DNA of 64,000 bases, taken from the NCBI GenBank assembly GCA_964016885.1, contig OZ024752.1:25668001-25732000 (forward strand), written 5' to 3'. The stretch is from Eledone cirrhosa. Lineage: Eukaryota. Shown piece by piece: positions 1 through 13,239 of the stretch; within the stretch, counting starts at the first letter, position 1; every line of letters begins with the position of its first letter. A program made the position numbers and the translations under genes. Under the pieces are notes generated by a model. That model did no database searches. It had not been told where the DNA came from and saw only the letters and a program-made list of their open reading frames with translations.

Positions 1-1790
1 AGCCTGCCTTTCATTTTTAGGGAGAACCCTTTAGCGGCTAATAGTGGTATAAGCTCTCTGAACTTTTTCCACCCAGTACTGACTCTAGCTACTGTACTTT
101 CAGAGCACCCTCCCCCACTGCTGATTTTGTCACCCAGGTAACGGAAGCTGTCCACTATTTCTATAGAACCCTCTGCGCAGTTGAAAGAGCTAGTATTCTG
201 TGGGCACTTGCTGCTACTTATTGCCCCAGAACACCGGCCACATGTAAAATCTATGTTCTTAGTTAGCTTACTTGTGATCCCACTACATCTTTTATGCACC
301 CAAACTTTGCATTTGGGACACAAAATGGAATTTCTACCTACGCCTTTCCTACACTCTGCGCATGACCACTTCCCGGAGGGGACCGCCGCCTTATTTTCTT
401 TCTTACAAACTAGAACTTTAGTCTTAGCCAGGTTAATTTTAAGGCCTTTTGATTCTAGGCTGTGCTTCCATGTTTGGAATTTCTTCTCTAGCTCGGCCAT
501 TCATTCAGCTATGAGCGTTAGATCATCTGCGTATAGGAGTTCCCATGGGCAGTCCGTCTTGAACTCCACTGTTATAGCCTGGAGGGCAATAATAAATAGT
601 AGGGGGCTAAGAACAGAGCCCTGATGAACACCAACTTTTACACTAAACTCTTCACTATATTCGTTGTTAATTCTAACCTTGCTGACTGTTTCTTTATACA
701 TGGCTTGTATAGCTCTCACAAGCCATTCATCAACACCTAGTTTTCTAAGAGCCCACCAGATAATGGAACGGGGGACTCTGTCGAAGGCCTTCTCCAAGTC
801 GACGAAAGCTAAGTATAGGGGTTTACTTTTAGCTAGGTACTTCTCCTGTAGTTGTCGTACAATGAAAAGAGCGTCTGTGGTACTTTTTCCTGACACAAAC
901 CCGAACTGCATTTCATCTAGATCAATTCGCTCTCTGATTAGTTGCGCTATTACTTTTTCCGTGACCTTCATGACCTGGTCGATTAATTTAATGCCTCTAT
1001 AGTTACTCCTATCTAGGGCATCTCCTTTACCCTTATAACAGTTAACGATAATGCTGCTACGCCAGTCCTCCGGAACAACCCCATTCTGTATGACTTGGTT
1101 GACTATCCGGGTGACCATGGTGTGTCCCACCGTACCAGATGCCTTCAGCATCTCGGCAACTATTTCCGAAGGCCCAGCCGCCTTGCCTGTCTTCATATCT
1201 TTGATTGCCTTACTTATTATACTACCCTCGACTAACACTGCTGGTCCCTCTATTGGGTCAATGTGGGGGAGACTGTCTTTCTCCCATTTATTCTCCTCAT
1301 TTAGTAGCCTTTCATAGTGACACTTCCAAGCTACCTTCTTATTGGCGTCGGTGATGGCAAGTATGCCGTCATCGTTAAGTACACACTTCTCCCCAACAAT
1401 ATCACTGTTTTCCTTGACACATTGCCTAGCAATCCTGAACACCTCACGTTTTTGGTCCTCACGTTGTAGAACATGCTTGAACTTTCTTTCCTCTGCTTCC
1501 CTTCTTGCGAAGTACACTTGTCTCCTAGCTTCCCTCCTGGCCACTTGATAGTCTTCTCTGCTTCCCCCATCCCGCCATACTTTCCAAGCCTGCTTTTTGG
1601 CCTTAATTGACCCCTCCACCTTACTGTTCCACCACCATGTTACTCTCCTCCTGCCTACAGACCTGCTCCAGCCACAGACTTCGTCTGCCGCCGTCAGCAG
1701 GTTTGCTTTCAGGAATTCCCACTGTTCCTCTACCTTGTACGTCTCTAATTGCTCTTCCTCACTGTCGAAAGCATCAAGTAATATGCTTTG
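1..1790 (-). mobile_element. RTE-clade LINE fragment (runs off window start, 5'-truncated at a (TA)n array)
   Basis: Minus-strand frame has RTE RT motifs (KGKGD..NYRGIKL, QFGF, FVDLEKAFDRV, GVHQGSVLSPLLF, LLYADDL). 1-255 is nearly identical to 20048-20302. Confidence 0.93.
501..1619 (-). pseudogene. RTE reverse transcriptase, interrupted by a premature TGA just after YADD
   Basis: 372-aa ORF ends AE*. The homologous copy near 16081 reads AES-M, and coding similarity continues past the stop. Confidence 0.88.
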
Positions 1791-1797
1791 GAATTTA

Positions 1798-1829
<32 letters not shown>

Positions 1830-1836
1830 CTATATG

Positions 1837-1869
<33 letters not shown>

Positions 1870-1870
1870 C

Positions 1871-1911
<41 letters not shown>

Positions 1912-1918
1912 CTATATG

Positions 1919-1975
<57 letters not shown>

Positions 1976-1990
1976 GTATATCTATATATA

Positions 1991-3152
1991 AGAACAAAAG
2001 ATGGTTAAAGGAGTTCCATGTATTTTATTATGCGCATTTCAAAAACAAATATCATCATGCAATAATATTTGTGTTTTCATCAGATAAAACAGGAGGACAT
2101 GATATGAAGGCTAAAAAACACTTGTGGATAGTTCAGTTTTAAATCAACATATGAGAAGTAGTTTTAGATTGATGTGTGATATTGGGAAAAATATTTTATT
2201 TAGAGGAGGGGGGGGGGAGGAAGAAAAAAGAGGAGGAGATGAGAGTGAAGGTGGAGAGGGAGGAGTATAATGAGGAAGGATGAGATAGGAGGAGAGATGG
2301 GTGATAGAGAGAGAGAGATAGTTTTTATAACTGAGAAAGATATATTGTTTTACATAGAGAGGTTGAAAACCGTTGGAAGATAATGTATAAATTAAAAGAA
2401 TTTGAAAATTAACGAAGGGAAAAATATGTGCGAAGAAGGAGAGGGAGTTAATATGTATTGAGAATAATAAGTTTGATGATAGAGAGAAGAGAATAATGAA
2501 TTGCGGATGAATATTCTAACGTCAAAAAAAATGTATATGTTTACGAAGGATTTTTATAAGGTGATATAGAGTAAGAATGTGTTGTATTATGTAATAATTG
2601 ATTCTATGTTAGGCAAGAGTGAGAAAAGGTACAGATTAGGGGTTAGATATTAGAAGAGAGGAAAAGGAAGTGATAAATATGGGTGGTGTAGAAAGAGTCA
2701 ACAAGTATTATGGAAATTTGAAAAGAGAAAAAATGTAAAGTTAAGGTTTGTATATTGAAGGATTTGAGAAAAATAATGTGAAGTTAAGGTTTGTATATTG
2801 AAGGAATTGATAATATGTGCGAAGAAAAAGAAAATGTTAATATGTATTGAGAATGAGTTAGATGATAGGGAGAAAAAAAATAATGAATTAAGGATGAATA
2901 ATCTAGCGTCAAAACAAATGTATATGTTTACGAAGGATTTTACAAGGTGATATAGAGTAAGGGTAATGAGTAAACAAGTATTATAGAATGTATAATACCC
3001 TTTGAAATAAGGTAGAAAGATGGGTATATTTTTAAAAGAGGTGTATGTATATGTGCCTTTGAGAAAAAGATTCTAAATTGATAAAGAATTGAATATTAGC
3101 TGTATACTTTGTGAAATGTTTTATGGAATTTATGCAAGCAGATAGAAAACAG
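1991..3152 (-). mobile_element. Penelope-like element 3' end, copy 1 (last GIY-YIG codons, 3' UTR, HHR)
   Basis: Colinear with 6313-7415. 3096-3152 matches the C-terminal codons of ORF 7354-8016. Ends in (TA)n. Confidence 0.8.
2021..2091 (-). ncRNA. Hammerhead ribozyme (type I, minimal palindromic stem III)
   Basis: Reverse complement: tgttttat-CTGATGA-aaacacaaatatt...gatatttgttttt-GAAA-tgcgca-TA-ataaaata. Stems I and II pair, and stem III is the palindrome ATGCGCAT. Confidence 0.85.
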
Positions 3153-3154
3153 AC

Positions 3155-3878
3155 ACGGGCGCCCGGGTAGGGACCCCTCGAAAAAGATCTGTCCCAGATG
3201 CGTGTGCGACGAGGAAACCGTTGCACACGCTTTGGTACACTGCTCGGGCATTGCCGATCTGTAGGGCTATGTCAAACAACTGCTCTCGAGGGTGGGACCG
3301 ATCCGGTTGACCACCGAGTCTATTGTAACGATCAAGCTGCCTCCCCTCTTCAAAAACGAAGGAGAGGCAGTGTTTCTGTGCGCAATAGCCATGGCGAAAG
3401 AGGTTGTATGGTGGACGCGTCTGAAAGGACTGAGGTCAAACACCTTTCTCTCTGGCCAACAACTGGTCCGTTTCTTCCGATATCATTTCGGAAGAAGGAT
3501 CAGGATGGAGAGAGAGGTGCTGCACCCCAGCCGTTTTTATGAAAGATGGGTGAAAGTGGCGAGAATGGCCCGTGTGAATGGGCCTTCACTCTACATCAGA
3601 CTATAGGTGAGGAAGATGAAAGACCAAGGGAGCACCCCCTCTCTGTGCTCCTGAGGAGAAGGGTGCACACTTTTTTTCGGGGGTGTGTGTGACCCTCCAA
3701 GGCGCCTCCTCCCTATTGAGGATTTTGTTACAAAATTTATTTTGTTATATTTTATTTTATTTTTATACTTTTATATCTTGTTATTGCCTCCTCCATATTG
3801 AGGACGCCTTTGCATGTAAACTGACCCCTTTGTACTTTTCCCAATTTTGATGCCCTGGTGGCAAATAAAAAGAAAGTT
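3155..3878 (+). mobile_element. Tx1/L1-clade LINE 3' fragment (C-terminal zinc finger plus 3' UTR)
   Basis: CPRC..EETVAHALVHC and AKEVVWWTRLKGL...[12 protein letters not shown] match the C-terminus of ORF 55280-58699. AATAAA precedes a TA-type tail. Confidence 0.88.
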
Positions 3879-4123
3879 ATCTATATATATGTATATCTAT
3901 ATATATAGATATATCTATATATATATATATCATATATTGGGGGGTCGCACACACCCCCGAAAAAAAAAAAAAAGTGACGTGGGTGCCTAAACACTGTACG
4001 GCGTAATTCAGGCTGTTCGTTTGCAAACAAACAAACAGCCTGAATTACGCCGTACAGTGTTTAGGCACCCACGTCACTTTTTTTTTTTTTTTTTTTTTTT
4101 TTAGTTCAACACTGACACAGGAA

Positions 4124-4164
4124 CGATGTACTAGTTTCAAGCTTATTAGCTATCGTCAGCACCG
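4124..4164 (-). ncRNA. Minimal hammerhead ribozyme
   Basis: Reverse complement: cggtg-CTGACGA-tagctaataagctt-GAAA-ctag-TA-catcg, with intact core. Confidence 0.85.
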
Positions 4165-4295
4165 TATACCTTTCTGCCAGATGGTTGAACGTCCGAAAGT
4201 ATATACTTTCCTTATGAAAATTAACGGCTGAGCCGTTAATTTTCATAGGGAAAATATATACTTTCGGACGTTCAACCATCTGGCAGAAAGGTATA

Positions 4296-4336
4296 CGGTG
4301 GTGACGATAGCTAATAAGCTTGAAACTAGTACATCG
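4296..4336 (+). ncRNA. Minimal hammerhead ribozyme, core-mutated (GTGACGA)
   Basis: Identical to 4739-4779 except C3->G in the CUGANGA box. Confidence 0.7.
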
Positions 4337-4738
4337 TTTCTGTGTCAGTGTTGAACAAAAAGGTGATGTGGTTGCCTAAACACTGTACGGCGTAATTCAG
4401 GCTGTTTGTTTGTTTACAAACGAACAAACCGAAAATTATAATAAATGTTCGGTAAACTGATACGTGCATATATATATGTGTGCCTGTATGTATATATATA
4501 CATGCTACTGTACGTCTGTATACATATATGTATGTACGTATACATACATACTTACATTTATGTAAGTGCCGTACTAAGAGTGAGAAATGAAATTTCGTTT
4601 CATTCTATTCCATTTATCGTTTTTCGGTGCGCCTGGCCGACTGAACTCACTCGATATGAAAATTAGGCTGCTCAGTCGTTAATTTTCATAAGGAAAGTAT
4701 ATACTTTCGGACGTTCAACCATTTGGCAGAAAGGTATA

Positions 4739-4779
4739 CGGTGCTGACGATAGCTAATAAGCTTGAAACTAGTACATCG
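4739..4779 (+). ncRNA. Minimal hammerhead ribozyme
   Basis: cggtg-CTGACGA-t agct aata agct t-GAAA-ctag-TA-catcg. GUA cleavage triplet and palindromic ACTAGT stem III. Confidence 0.87.
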
Positions 4780-5057
4780 TTCCTGTGTCAGTGTTGAACA
4801 AAAAGGTGATGTGCTTGCCTAAACACTGTACGGCGTAATTCAGGCTGTTTGTTTGTTTACAAAGTAACAAACCGAGCATTATAATAAATGTTCGGTAAAC
4901 TGATACGTGCATATATATATGTGTGCCTGTATGTATATATATACATGCTACTGTACGTCTGTATACATATATGTATGTACGTATACATACATACTTACAT
5001 TTAAGTAAGTGCCGTACTAAGAGTGAGAAATGGAATTTCGTTTCATTCTATTCCATT

Positions 5058-5069
5058 TATATATATATG

Positions 5070-5100
<31 letters not shown>

Positions 5101-5121
5101 GTATATATACATATGTATATA

Positions 5122-5152
<31 letters not shown>

Positions 5153-5375
5153 GCATATATATATATGTATATATATATATATGTATATATGTATATAAGT
5201 ATATATATATATGTATATATAAATGTATATATAAATGTATATATATATGTATATATATATATATGTATATATGTATATATATATATGTATATATGTAAAT
5301 ATATATGTATATATAAATGTATATATATATATATATATATAAATGTATATATATATATATGTATATATATGTATG

Positions 5376-5426
<51 letters not shown>

Positions 5427-5439
5427 GTATATATGTATG

Positions 5440-5494
<55 letters not shown>

Positions 5495-5935
5495 GTATAT
5501 ATATATATGTATATATATATGTATATATATATATACATGTATATATATATACATGTATATATATATATATATGTATATATATATGTATATATATATATAT
5601 ATGTATATATATATGTATATATATGTATATATATATGTATATATATTATGTATATATATATGTATGTATATATATATGTATGTATATATATATATGTATA
5701 TATATTATGTATATATATATGTATATATATGTATATATATGTATATATATATGTATATATATATGTATATATATGTATATATATATGTATATATATATGT
5801 ATATATATATGTATATATATATGTATATATATATATATGTATATATATATGTATGTATATATGTATATATATATGTATATATATATGTATATATATATGT
5901 ATATATATATGTATATATATATGTATATATATATG

Positions 5936-5998
<63 letters not shown>

Positions 5999-6313
5999 GT
6001 ATATATATATGTATATATATATATGTATATATATATATGTATATATATATGTATATGTATATATATATATGTATATATATATGTATATATATATATATGT
6101 ATATATATATGTATATATATATATATGTATATATATATGTATATATATATATATGTATATATATATGTATATATATATGTATATATGTATATATATATGT
6201 ATATATATGTGTATATATATATGTATATATATATGTGTATATATATATGTGTATATATATATGTGTATATATATATGTGTATATATATGTGTATATATAT
6301 ATATATAATATAT
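5058..6313. repeat. (TA)n/(TATG) compound microsatellite
   Basis: Direct reading. Confidence 0.97.
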
Positions 6314-6328
6314 AAGATCAAAAGATGG

Positions 6329-6399
6329 TATTTTATTATGCGTATTTCAAAAACAAATATCATCATGCAATAATATTTGTGTTTTCATCAGATAAAATA
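6329..6399 (-). ncRNA. Hammerhead ribozyme
   Basis: Reverse complement: tattttat-CTGATGA-stem II-GAAA-tacgca-TA-ataaaata, with an 8-bp perfect stem I. Confidence 0.85.
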
Positions 6400-7353
6400 G
6401 GAAGACATGATATGAAGGTTAAAAAACACTTGTGAATAGTGCAGTTTTAAATCAACATATGAAAATTAGTTTTAGATTGATGTGTGATATTGGGAAAAAC
6501 AATTTTGAGGGGGGTGGGGGTGGAAAGGATGAAAAAGAGGAGGAGATGAGAGTAAAACGTGGAGGGGGAGGAGTATAATGAGGAAGGATGATATAGGAGG
6601 AGAGATGGGTGATAGAGAGAGAGAGATAGCTTTTATAACTGAGAAAAATATATTGTTTTACACAGAGAGGTTGAAAAACCGTTGGAAGATAATGTATAAA
6701 TTAAAAGAATTTGAAAATTAACGAAGAGAAAAATAATGTAAAGTTAAGGTTTGTATATTGAAGGGTTTAATAATATGTGCGATGAAAAGAAATTGTTAAT
6801 ATGTATTAAGAATAATATTTAAGGGTTTAATAATATGTGCGATGGAAAGAAAATGTTAATATATATTAAGAATAATATTTAACGGTTTAATAATATGTGC
6901 GATGGAAAGAAAATGTTGATATGTATTATTAAAAATAACAAAGGTTATGTAAGTGAGGATATAGAAGATAGGATGAAATAGTTAGATGAGCATGAATAAG
7001 TTAGATGAAAGTGAGAAAAAAATAATGAATTGAGGATGAATAATCTAACGTCAAAGGATTTTTTTCAAGGTGATATAAAGTAAGAATATATTGTATTGTG
7101 TAATAATTGTTTCTATGTTAGGCACAGTGAGAAAGGTACAGATTAGGGGTTAGAAATTAAAAGAAAAAGAAAAGAAAAGGAAAAAGAAGAAAGGGAGGTG
7201 ATAAATAGGAGTGATATAGAATGAGTAACAGGTATTATATAATGTATAATAAATAACTTTGAAATAGGGTAGAAAGATGGGTATATTTTTAAAGAAGTAT
7301 ATATATATATGTGCCTTTGAGAAAAGGATTCTAAATTGATAAAATATTGGATA

Positions 7354-7928
7354 TTAGCTGTATACTTTATGGAATGTTCTGTGGAATTTATGCAGGCAGT
7401 GAGAAAACAAGTCAGTGCGTCTATTTATTATAGAATCTAAATTAGATATAATGGTAAATTTTTCATTTAGACAGAGATTGCAAGTCTTGGATAGAGAACT
7501 GTTCAAGTATGGAGAAGCAGAAGAAACCTTTTTCCAAGAGATGTTATATTTAATATTTTTGTCTTTCAAGGACCATATGAGTTCTGAGAGAGCCGTGTTG
7601 GTTCTTTTAAGGTGGTATTTAAAAGACGAATGATGATTATAAAGATGAGCTTTAAAGGAGGTGGAAGTGGAGCCAAAATAGGTGAAGGAATTGGTGTCAG
7701 TTTTAACTTTACATTCGTAGATTAAGTTTTTATCAAGACAATGGTTGTTGAGAGGACATTTATTTTTAACAGGGCAATTGCAATTGCGATTAGAGAGATT
7801 ATTAACGAGTGACCTAGTGTTATCTATAGAAGGAATTGGATTGGAGAAGTTATTTGTGATAGGAATAATAGTTTCTTGATTTAGAATGGGATTAAGAACA
7901 TTTAGCGAAGTTGTGTTTGACGTATTTG
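7354..7928 (-). pseudogene. PLE C-terminal Cys linker plus GIY-YIG endonuclease fragment
   Basis: CNCPVKNKCPLNNHCL, LIYEC..YFGST..FK..LYNH, CNLCLNEK, INRR..LFSHCLH. Homologous to ORF 40722-41342. Confidence 0.85.
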
Positions 7929-8232
7929 GCAATTGCCCTGTTAAAAATAAATGTGTGTGTATGTATTCACTATTTCGTACGTATGTATACATGCATTTGT
8001 GTGTATTCCTTACCACGCGTGTCTGTTCATCTATCCGCCGTTTGTATCGCTGTCAACTCTATAATAATTTTTATTTTTTTATATATTTTTTTTTCTTATA
8101 TTTCTTTCTTATATTTATTTGCGTGTGTGAATATGTAGAGTGCATTTATGTATGTGTATGTATGTACGTGTGTATGTATGATTGTGTGCATGTATGTATA
8201 TGTATGAGTCTATGACTATGTTTGTGTATACT

Positions 8233-8287
<55 letters not shown>

Positions 8288-8448
8288 TTATGTTTCTGTA
8301 TGTATGTGTGTATATATGTGTGTGTGGTTGTATATATGTATTTGTATGTATGGATGTGTTGATATTTATGTGCGTATGTATATATGTGTACATGTATGTG
8401 TATGTGTGTATTTATATACACATATATGTGTGTCTGTATGTATGAGTG

Positions 8449-8491
<43 letters not shown>

Positions 8492-8648
8492 ATGTATGCT
8501 TTTGTGTGTGTGTGTGCGTGTTTGTGTGTGTGTTTGCATGTGTGGTTTTATTTTATTTTTCCTTTCCTTCTTCTTTCTCCAGCCTCACTTTCATATAGAT
8601 TGCATTTTTGTTTTTTAAAATCCAAATTCAATAAACAGACCAGGATTT

Positions 8649-8708
8649 TTTCATTCTGAGGATTGAAAGCAAAATCTTTTGCTTTTAAGAAACCACTGGT
8701 AAATGGAA
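8649..8708 (+). ncRNA. Hammerhead ribozyme
   Basis: tttcatt-CTGAGGA-t tgaaagcaaaa tc ttttgctttta a-GAAA-ccactgg-TA-aatggaa. Confidence 0.82.
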
Positions 8709-8809
8709 TAATTGCCTTATGTTGTTTATTACATAACTATTAAGCTCTGTTACCTACATAGAGCACTCTTTTTTTCCTGGACTTTTCCGACGGAATTACT
8801 TCATTTACA

Positions 8810-8831
8810 CATATATATATATATGTATATC

Positions 8832-8862
<31 letters not shown>

Positions 8863-8939
8863 CTATATATATATATATATATATCTATATATATATCTAT
8901 ATATATATATATATATATGTATCTATATATATATCTATA

Positions 8940-8978
<39 letters not shown>

Positions 8979-9133
8979 CTATATATATATATATATGTAT
9001 CTATATATATATATATCTATATATATATATATATGTATCTATATATATATATATATGTATATCTATATGTATATCTATATCTATATATATATATATATAT
9101 GTATATCTATATATATATATATATATATATATC

Positions 9134-9166
<33 letters not shown>

Positions 9167-9209
9167 CTATATATATATATATATATATGTATATCTATCT
9201 ATGTATATC

Positions 9210-9240
<31 letters not shown>

Positions 9241-9329
9241 CTATCTATATATATATATCTATATATATATATGTATATCTATCTATATATATCTATATAT
9301 CTATATATATATCTATATATATATATATA

Positions 9330-9378
<49 letters not shown>

Positions 9379-9393
9379 CTTTATATGTATATC

Positions 9394-9427
<34 letters not shown>

Positions 9428-9462
9428 TATGTATATCTTTATATATATATATATATATATAT
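8810..9462. repeat. (TA)n/(TATC) microsatellite
   Basis: Direct reading. Confidence 0.97.
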
Positions 9463-11987
9463 AACTTTGAATAACTTTGAAATGTTTTGGCCAGTATTGG
9501 CCCAGGCCATGTCTAACTTAATAGCACCACCTGCCGAAGTCTTTCAATTCAGGATTTGGGCACCATGGCCCATTCGAGAAGAGTATTACTGTTTGCGGAG
9601 ACATATCCGGGTGTGGGTGGTTTGTCCGGGTTTACTTGGAGGAATTTGTCCAAAGACTTCTTGAATTTTGTGTGGTCAGTTTCTGTTTTGACGTGTCCTG
9701 GTGTGATGTTGAAGAGAGCAGGGCCGATTGAGGTGAAATAATTGTGCCGTATTGTTGTTATGAGTTGCGATTTAGATTTTTGTATGGGACGGATAGCACG
9801 GGGCCCAAGCCTTGGGTGTATCTTGAAGGCGATGCCAACATCATTTGGGCAGTGATGATGGAACATTTTCCACATCGTGCAGATAATATAACGCTCACGG
9901 CGACGTTGGAGTGAGTAAAGTTTCAGCTTTTCTAGTCGACCCCAGTAGTCAAGGTCTGACATGCCATCTATCTTTTTCGTGATTGCCCTTTGAGGAGCTT
10001 CAAGTTTCATGATACTTTGTTTCGTGTGGGGAGACCACAGTGGACAACAGTATTCAAGGTGTGGTCGGGCAAAAGTAGAGAAGAGAAGGATAATGGTGTG
10101 GGAATCTCTCGACTGGAAGGTTCTGAGGATCCAGGAACACATTCTGCGGGCCATGTCAACTTTGCTGCTTATATGCGTGGCCCAGCTTATGTTGCTGTCC
10201 ACGGTTACTCCCAAGTCTCTGATGTTGTTAGATGCCACGAGAGTTTCCCCGGAGGGAAGGGCGTACTGGAGTTTCAGAGCATCCTCTTTTCCAAAGTGGA
10301 TCAGTTCGAATTTGTCTTCGTTCAGTAACATGTTGTTCTTTTCCGCCCATTGGGTAACAGCCAGTAGGTCTGACTGAAGGCTTATCCGGTCATCCACGCC
10401 ATTGATGACCTTTTGGAGCTTGGAATCATCCGCGAAAATTTTAATGTTGCTGTGTTTGATGATGTCAGTGATGTCATTAATATAGATGATGAAGAGAAGT
10501 GGGCCCAACACAGTGCCTTGTGGGACCCCACTACTGACTTTGGCTGGGCTGGATTTGACTTCTTCAACTACAACATGTTGGGTTCTGTTTGACAGGAAGC
10601 TCTTGATCCACTGCAGCAGCTTTCCAGTGACACCAATATTGGACAGTTTTCTCAGTAGAATGTTATGATCAACCCTGTCAAAGGCCTTGCTGAAATCAAG
10701 GTAGATAACATCAGTGTTGGAACCCTCTCCCAAGGCTCTCAAAATGTCATCAAAGTGATGCAGTAGCTGCGTCAGGCAATCCCTTCCATTACGGAATCCA
10801 TGCTGGTTGGAGTTCAGCATATTGTTACTCTCAAGGAAGTGAGTCATTCGCGATCTCACCACTCTCTCAAATACCTTAATGATATGAGAGGTGAGTGAGA
10901 TTGGACAGTAATTCACGGCAAGGGATTTGTTTCCTTTTTTGAAAACTGGGACAACAGACTGGGATAGAAGGTTTTCTGGCACATATCCAGCATCCAGTGA
11001 GTTCCGCCACAGATTGGCAAGAGGAGATGCAAGTTGGTGTTGACACGCCTTCAAGACACAAGCAGGGAACCTATCGGGACCTACTGCTGAATTATGCTTG
11101 ATTTCCTTTATTGCCGCCAAGACATCAGGGGCGCCAAACGTTATGTCCGATAAGGTGTAATGGGGAGTAACATCGCCGATACAGCCCAGATCGGCCATAT
11201 CAGGATTGCTGAAAACAGAGCAGTATTGTTTCTGCAGTATCTCACCCATGGTTTTAGCATTGTCTTGAAGAGTGCCATTTTCATCAATTAGAGGGCCAAC
11301 AGTAGAGCCAGTGATTTTGTGTTTTTTTGCAAATGAAAAGAACACTCTGGGATTGAGTTTGATCTTCTCAATGGCCCAGGCCTCTTCAGCTCTTCTCTGA
11401 TTGTTGATGAGGGACATTATGTTGTTTTGGAGGTTATGTTTTTTAATCTCTAGTGATGAAATGGCAGTCAAGTTGATGTGTTGCTGCTGACAGTATTTCA
11501 GCTTGTTGATTTTTTTGTTCGTTCTCTTAATTTTTCTGATGAGCGTTTTTCTATTTCTAGGGATTCTGCTCTTAGATTTGTTTATAGTTCTTAATGGGGT
11601 GTGTTTTGCACATATGTTTGTAACAGTGTCCACAAATGTCTGCCAGGACTTTTTGATGTTAGTGGGTGTATGAGTGTGCGTGAAGGACCAGTCGACATGT
11701 GCAAGATCATGACTGATCGCTTCCCAGTTTGCATTGTGGAAATCCATAGCGTCAAACGGATGGACAGGAGAGATGACATTGGGTTTGTATATTGGACGGT
11801 GGAATCTCAGATCACAGAGAACCATGTCATGATCAGAGAGTAGAGTCTTCTCCACTGCAATATTGTGGATATTGTCAGTGTGATTGCTGAAAATTAAGTC
11901 TAGGATGTTTTTGTGGCACCTCGTTGGTTCGAGCACCAGTTGGGATAGGAAGAAATCATCCATGAAGTCAAGAAGCGATTCCACTGC
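9463..11987 (-). mobile_element. CR1-group LINE, 5'-truncated, embedded in (TA)n
   Basis: Long RT ORF, a 3' tail of two ATAACTTTGA units, and (TA)n on both sides. Confidence 0.9.
9549..11984 (-). CDS. CR1-type ORF2 (C-terminal APE endonuclease remnant plus reverse transcriptase), open 811 aa, N-truncated
   Basis: [68 protein letters not shown]. Confidence 0.9.
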   Translation of the reverse strand: MESLLDFMDDFFLSQLVLEPTRCHKNILDLIFSNHTDNIHNIAVEKTLLSDHDMVLCDLRFHRPIYKPNVISPVHPFDAMDFHNANWEAISHDLAHVDWSFTHTHTPTNIKKSWQTFVDTVTNICAKHTPLRTINKSKSRIPRNRKTLIRKIKRTNKKINKLKYCQQQHINLTAISSLEIKKHNLQNNIMSLINNQRRAEEAWAIEKIKLNPRVFFSFAKKHKITGSTVGPLIDENGTLQDNAKTMGEILQKQYCSVFSNPDMADLGCIGDVTPHYTLSDITFGAPDVLAAIKEIKHNSAVGPDRFPACVLKACQHQLASPLANLWRNSLDAGYVPENLLSQSVVPVFKKGNKSLAVNYCPISLTSHIIKVFERVVRSRMTHFLESNNMLNSNQHGFRNGRDCLTQLLHHFDDILRALGEGSNTDVIYLDFSKAFDRVDHNILLRKLSNIGVTGKLLQWIKSFLSNRTQHVVVEEVKSSPAKVSSGVPQGTVLGPLLFIIYINDITDIIKHSNIKIFADDSKLQKVINGVDDRISLQSDLLAVTQWAEKNNMLLNEDKFELIHFGKEDALKLQYALPSGETLVASNNIRDLGVTVDSNISWATHISSKVDMARRMCSWILRTFQSRDSHTIILLFSTFARPHLEYCCPLWSPHTKQSIMKLEAPQRAITKKIDGMSDLDYWGRLEKLKLYSLQRRRERYIICTMWKMFHHHCPNDVGIAFKIHPRLGPRAIRPIQKSKSQLITTIRHNYFTSIGPALFNITPGHVKTETDHTKFKKSLDKFLQVNPDKPPTPGYVSANSNTLLEWAMVPKS

Positions 11988-12004
11988 ATATATATGTATA
12001 TCTA

Positions 12005-12039
<35 letters not shown>

Positions 12040-12212
12040 ATATATATATGTATATCTATATATATGTATATCTATATATATATATATTTATATCTATATC
12101 TATATATATATATATATGTATATCTATATATATATATATGTATATCTCTATATATATATATATATATATATCTATATATATATATATGTATATCTATATA
12201 TATATATATATA

Positions 12213-12349
12213 ATGCAGGAAATGTGGTAAGGAACCAGGTGGACCATAACGCACCAAAGTACTCAATACTTAGGGTAGTAGAGTGGGTAATAGGAACGAG
12301 TAGGACCCCGACGGCTGAGCTCACCCGTCGGGGTCCTACTCGTTCCTAT
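12213..12349 (+). mobile_element. Short non-coding element with terminal hairpin (copies at 18810-18955 and 25383-25525)
   Basis: Shared head gtggtaaggaacc.g.tggaccata..gcacca.agtactc.atact.agg.tagtagagtgggtaatagga. Perfect 25-bp stem at 12290-12349. TA flanks. Confidence 0.7.
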
Positions 12350-12401
12350 ATATATCTATATATATATCTATATCATTTTCATCATTTCATTTCATTTTAC
12401 G

Positions 12402-12786
12402 TTTTTATGAAAGGTGGGTGAAAGTGGCGAGAATGGCCCGTGTGAATGGGCCTTCTCTTTACATAAACCTGTAGGTGGAAAAGAGGAAGGAACGAGGGAG
12501 CACCCTCTCTCTGTGCTCCTGAGGAAAAGGGTTGCACACTTTTTTCGGGGGTGTGTGCGACCCCCCAAGGCGCCTCCTCTCTATTGAGGATTTTGTTATA
12601 AATTTTATTTTTTGTTATATTTTATAACAAAATCCTCTATTTTGTTATAATTCTATTTTTTGTTATATTTTATTTTATTTTTATATATTGTTATTGCCTC
12701 CTCCCTATTGAGGACGCCTTGTTTTGTAAACTCCCCCCATTGTACTTGTCCCACTTTTGATGCTCTTGTGGCAAATAAAAGAAACA
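12402..12786 (+). mobile_element. Tx1/L1-clade LINE extreme 3' fragment
   Basis: High similarity to 3533-3875 ([13 protein letters not shown] plus 3' UTR with AATAAA). Confidence 0.85.
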
Positions 12787-12812
12787 TATCTATATCTATA
12801 TATATGTATATC

Positions 12813-12847
<35 letters not shown>

Positions 12848-13198
12848 GTATATCTATATATATATATATATGTATATCTATATATATATATATATGTATA
12901 TCTATATATATATATATGTATATCTCTATATATATATATATATGTATAGCTATATGTATATATATATATATATATGTATATGTATATCTATATATATATA
13001 TATAAATATGTATATCTATATGTATATATATATATATATATATATGTATATGTATATCTATATGTATATATATATATATGTATATCTATATGTATATATA
13101 TATATGTATATATGTATATCTATATATATATGTATATCTATATATATATGTATATGTATATCTATATGTTTATATATATATATATGTATATGTATATC

Positions 13199-13239
<41 letters not shown>

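Larger units (their letters stand above)
3960..5058. mobile_element. Non-coding PLE pseudo-LTR / retrozyme-like cassette: fold-back plus inverted and tandem 443-bp units
   Basis: Palindrome 3960-4091, minus-strand unit 4024-4228, direct units offset by 443 bp (4291 vs 4734). Each full unit carries an HHR. Confidence 0.75.
6313..7928 (-). mobile_element. Penelope-like element, 5'-truncated copy 2 (GIY-YIG endonuclease, 3' UTR, HHR)
   Basis: Contains the GIY-YIG ORF and an HHR near its 3' end, next to (TA)n. Confidence 0.85.

Noticed and set aside
3960-5058. Repeat-spacer appearance suggesting a CRISPR array
   Set aside because: Units are hundreds of bp with identical intervening sequence, there are no cas genes, and the context is eukaryotic.
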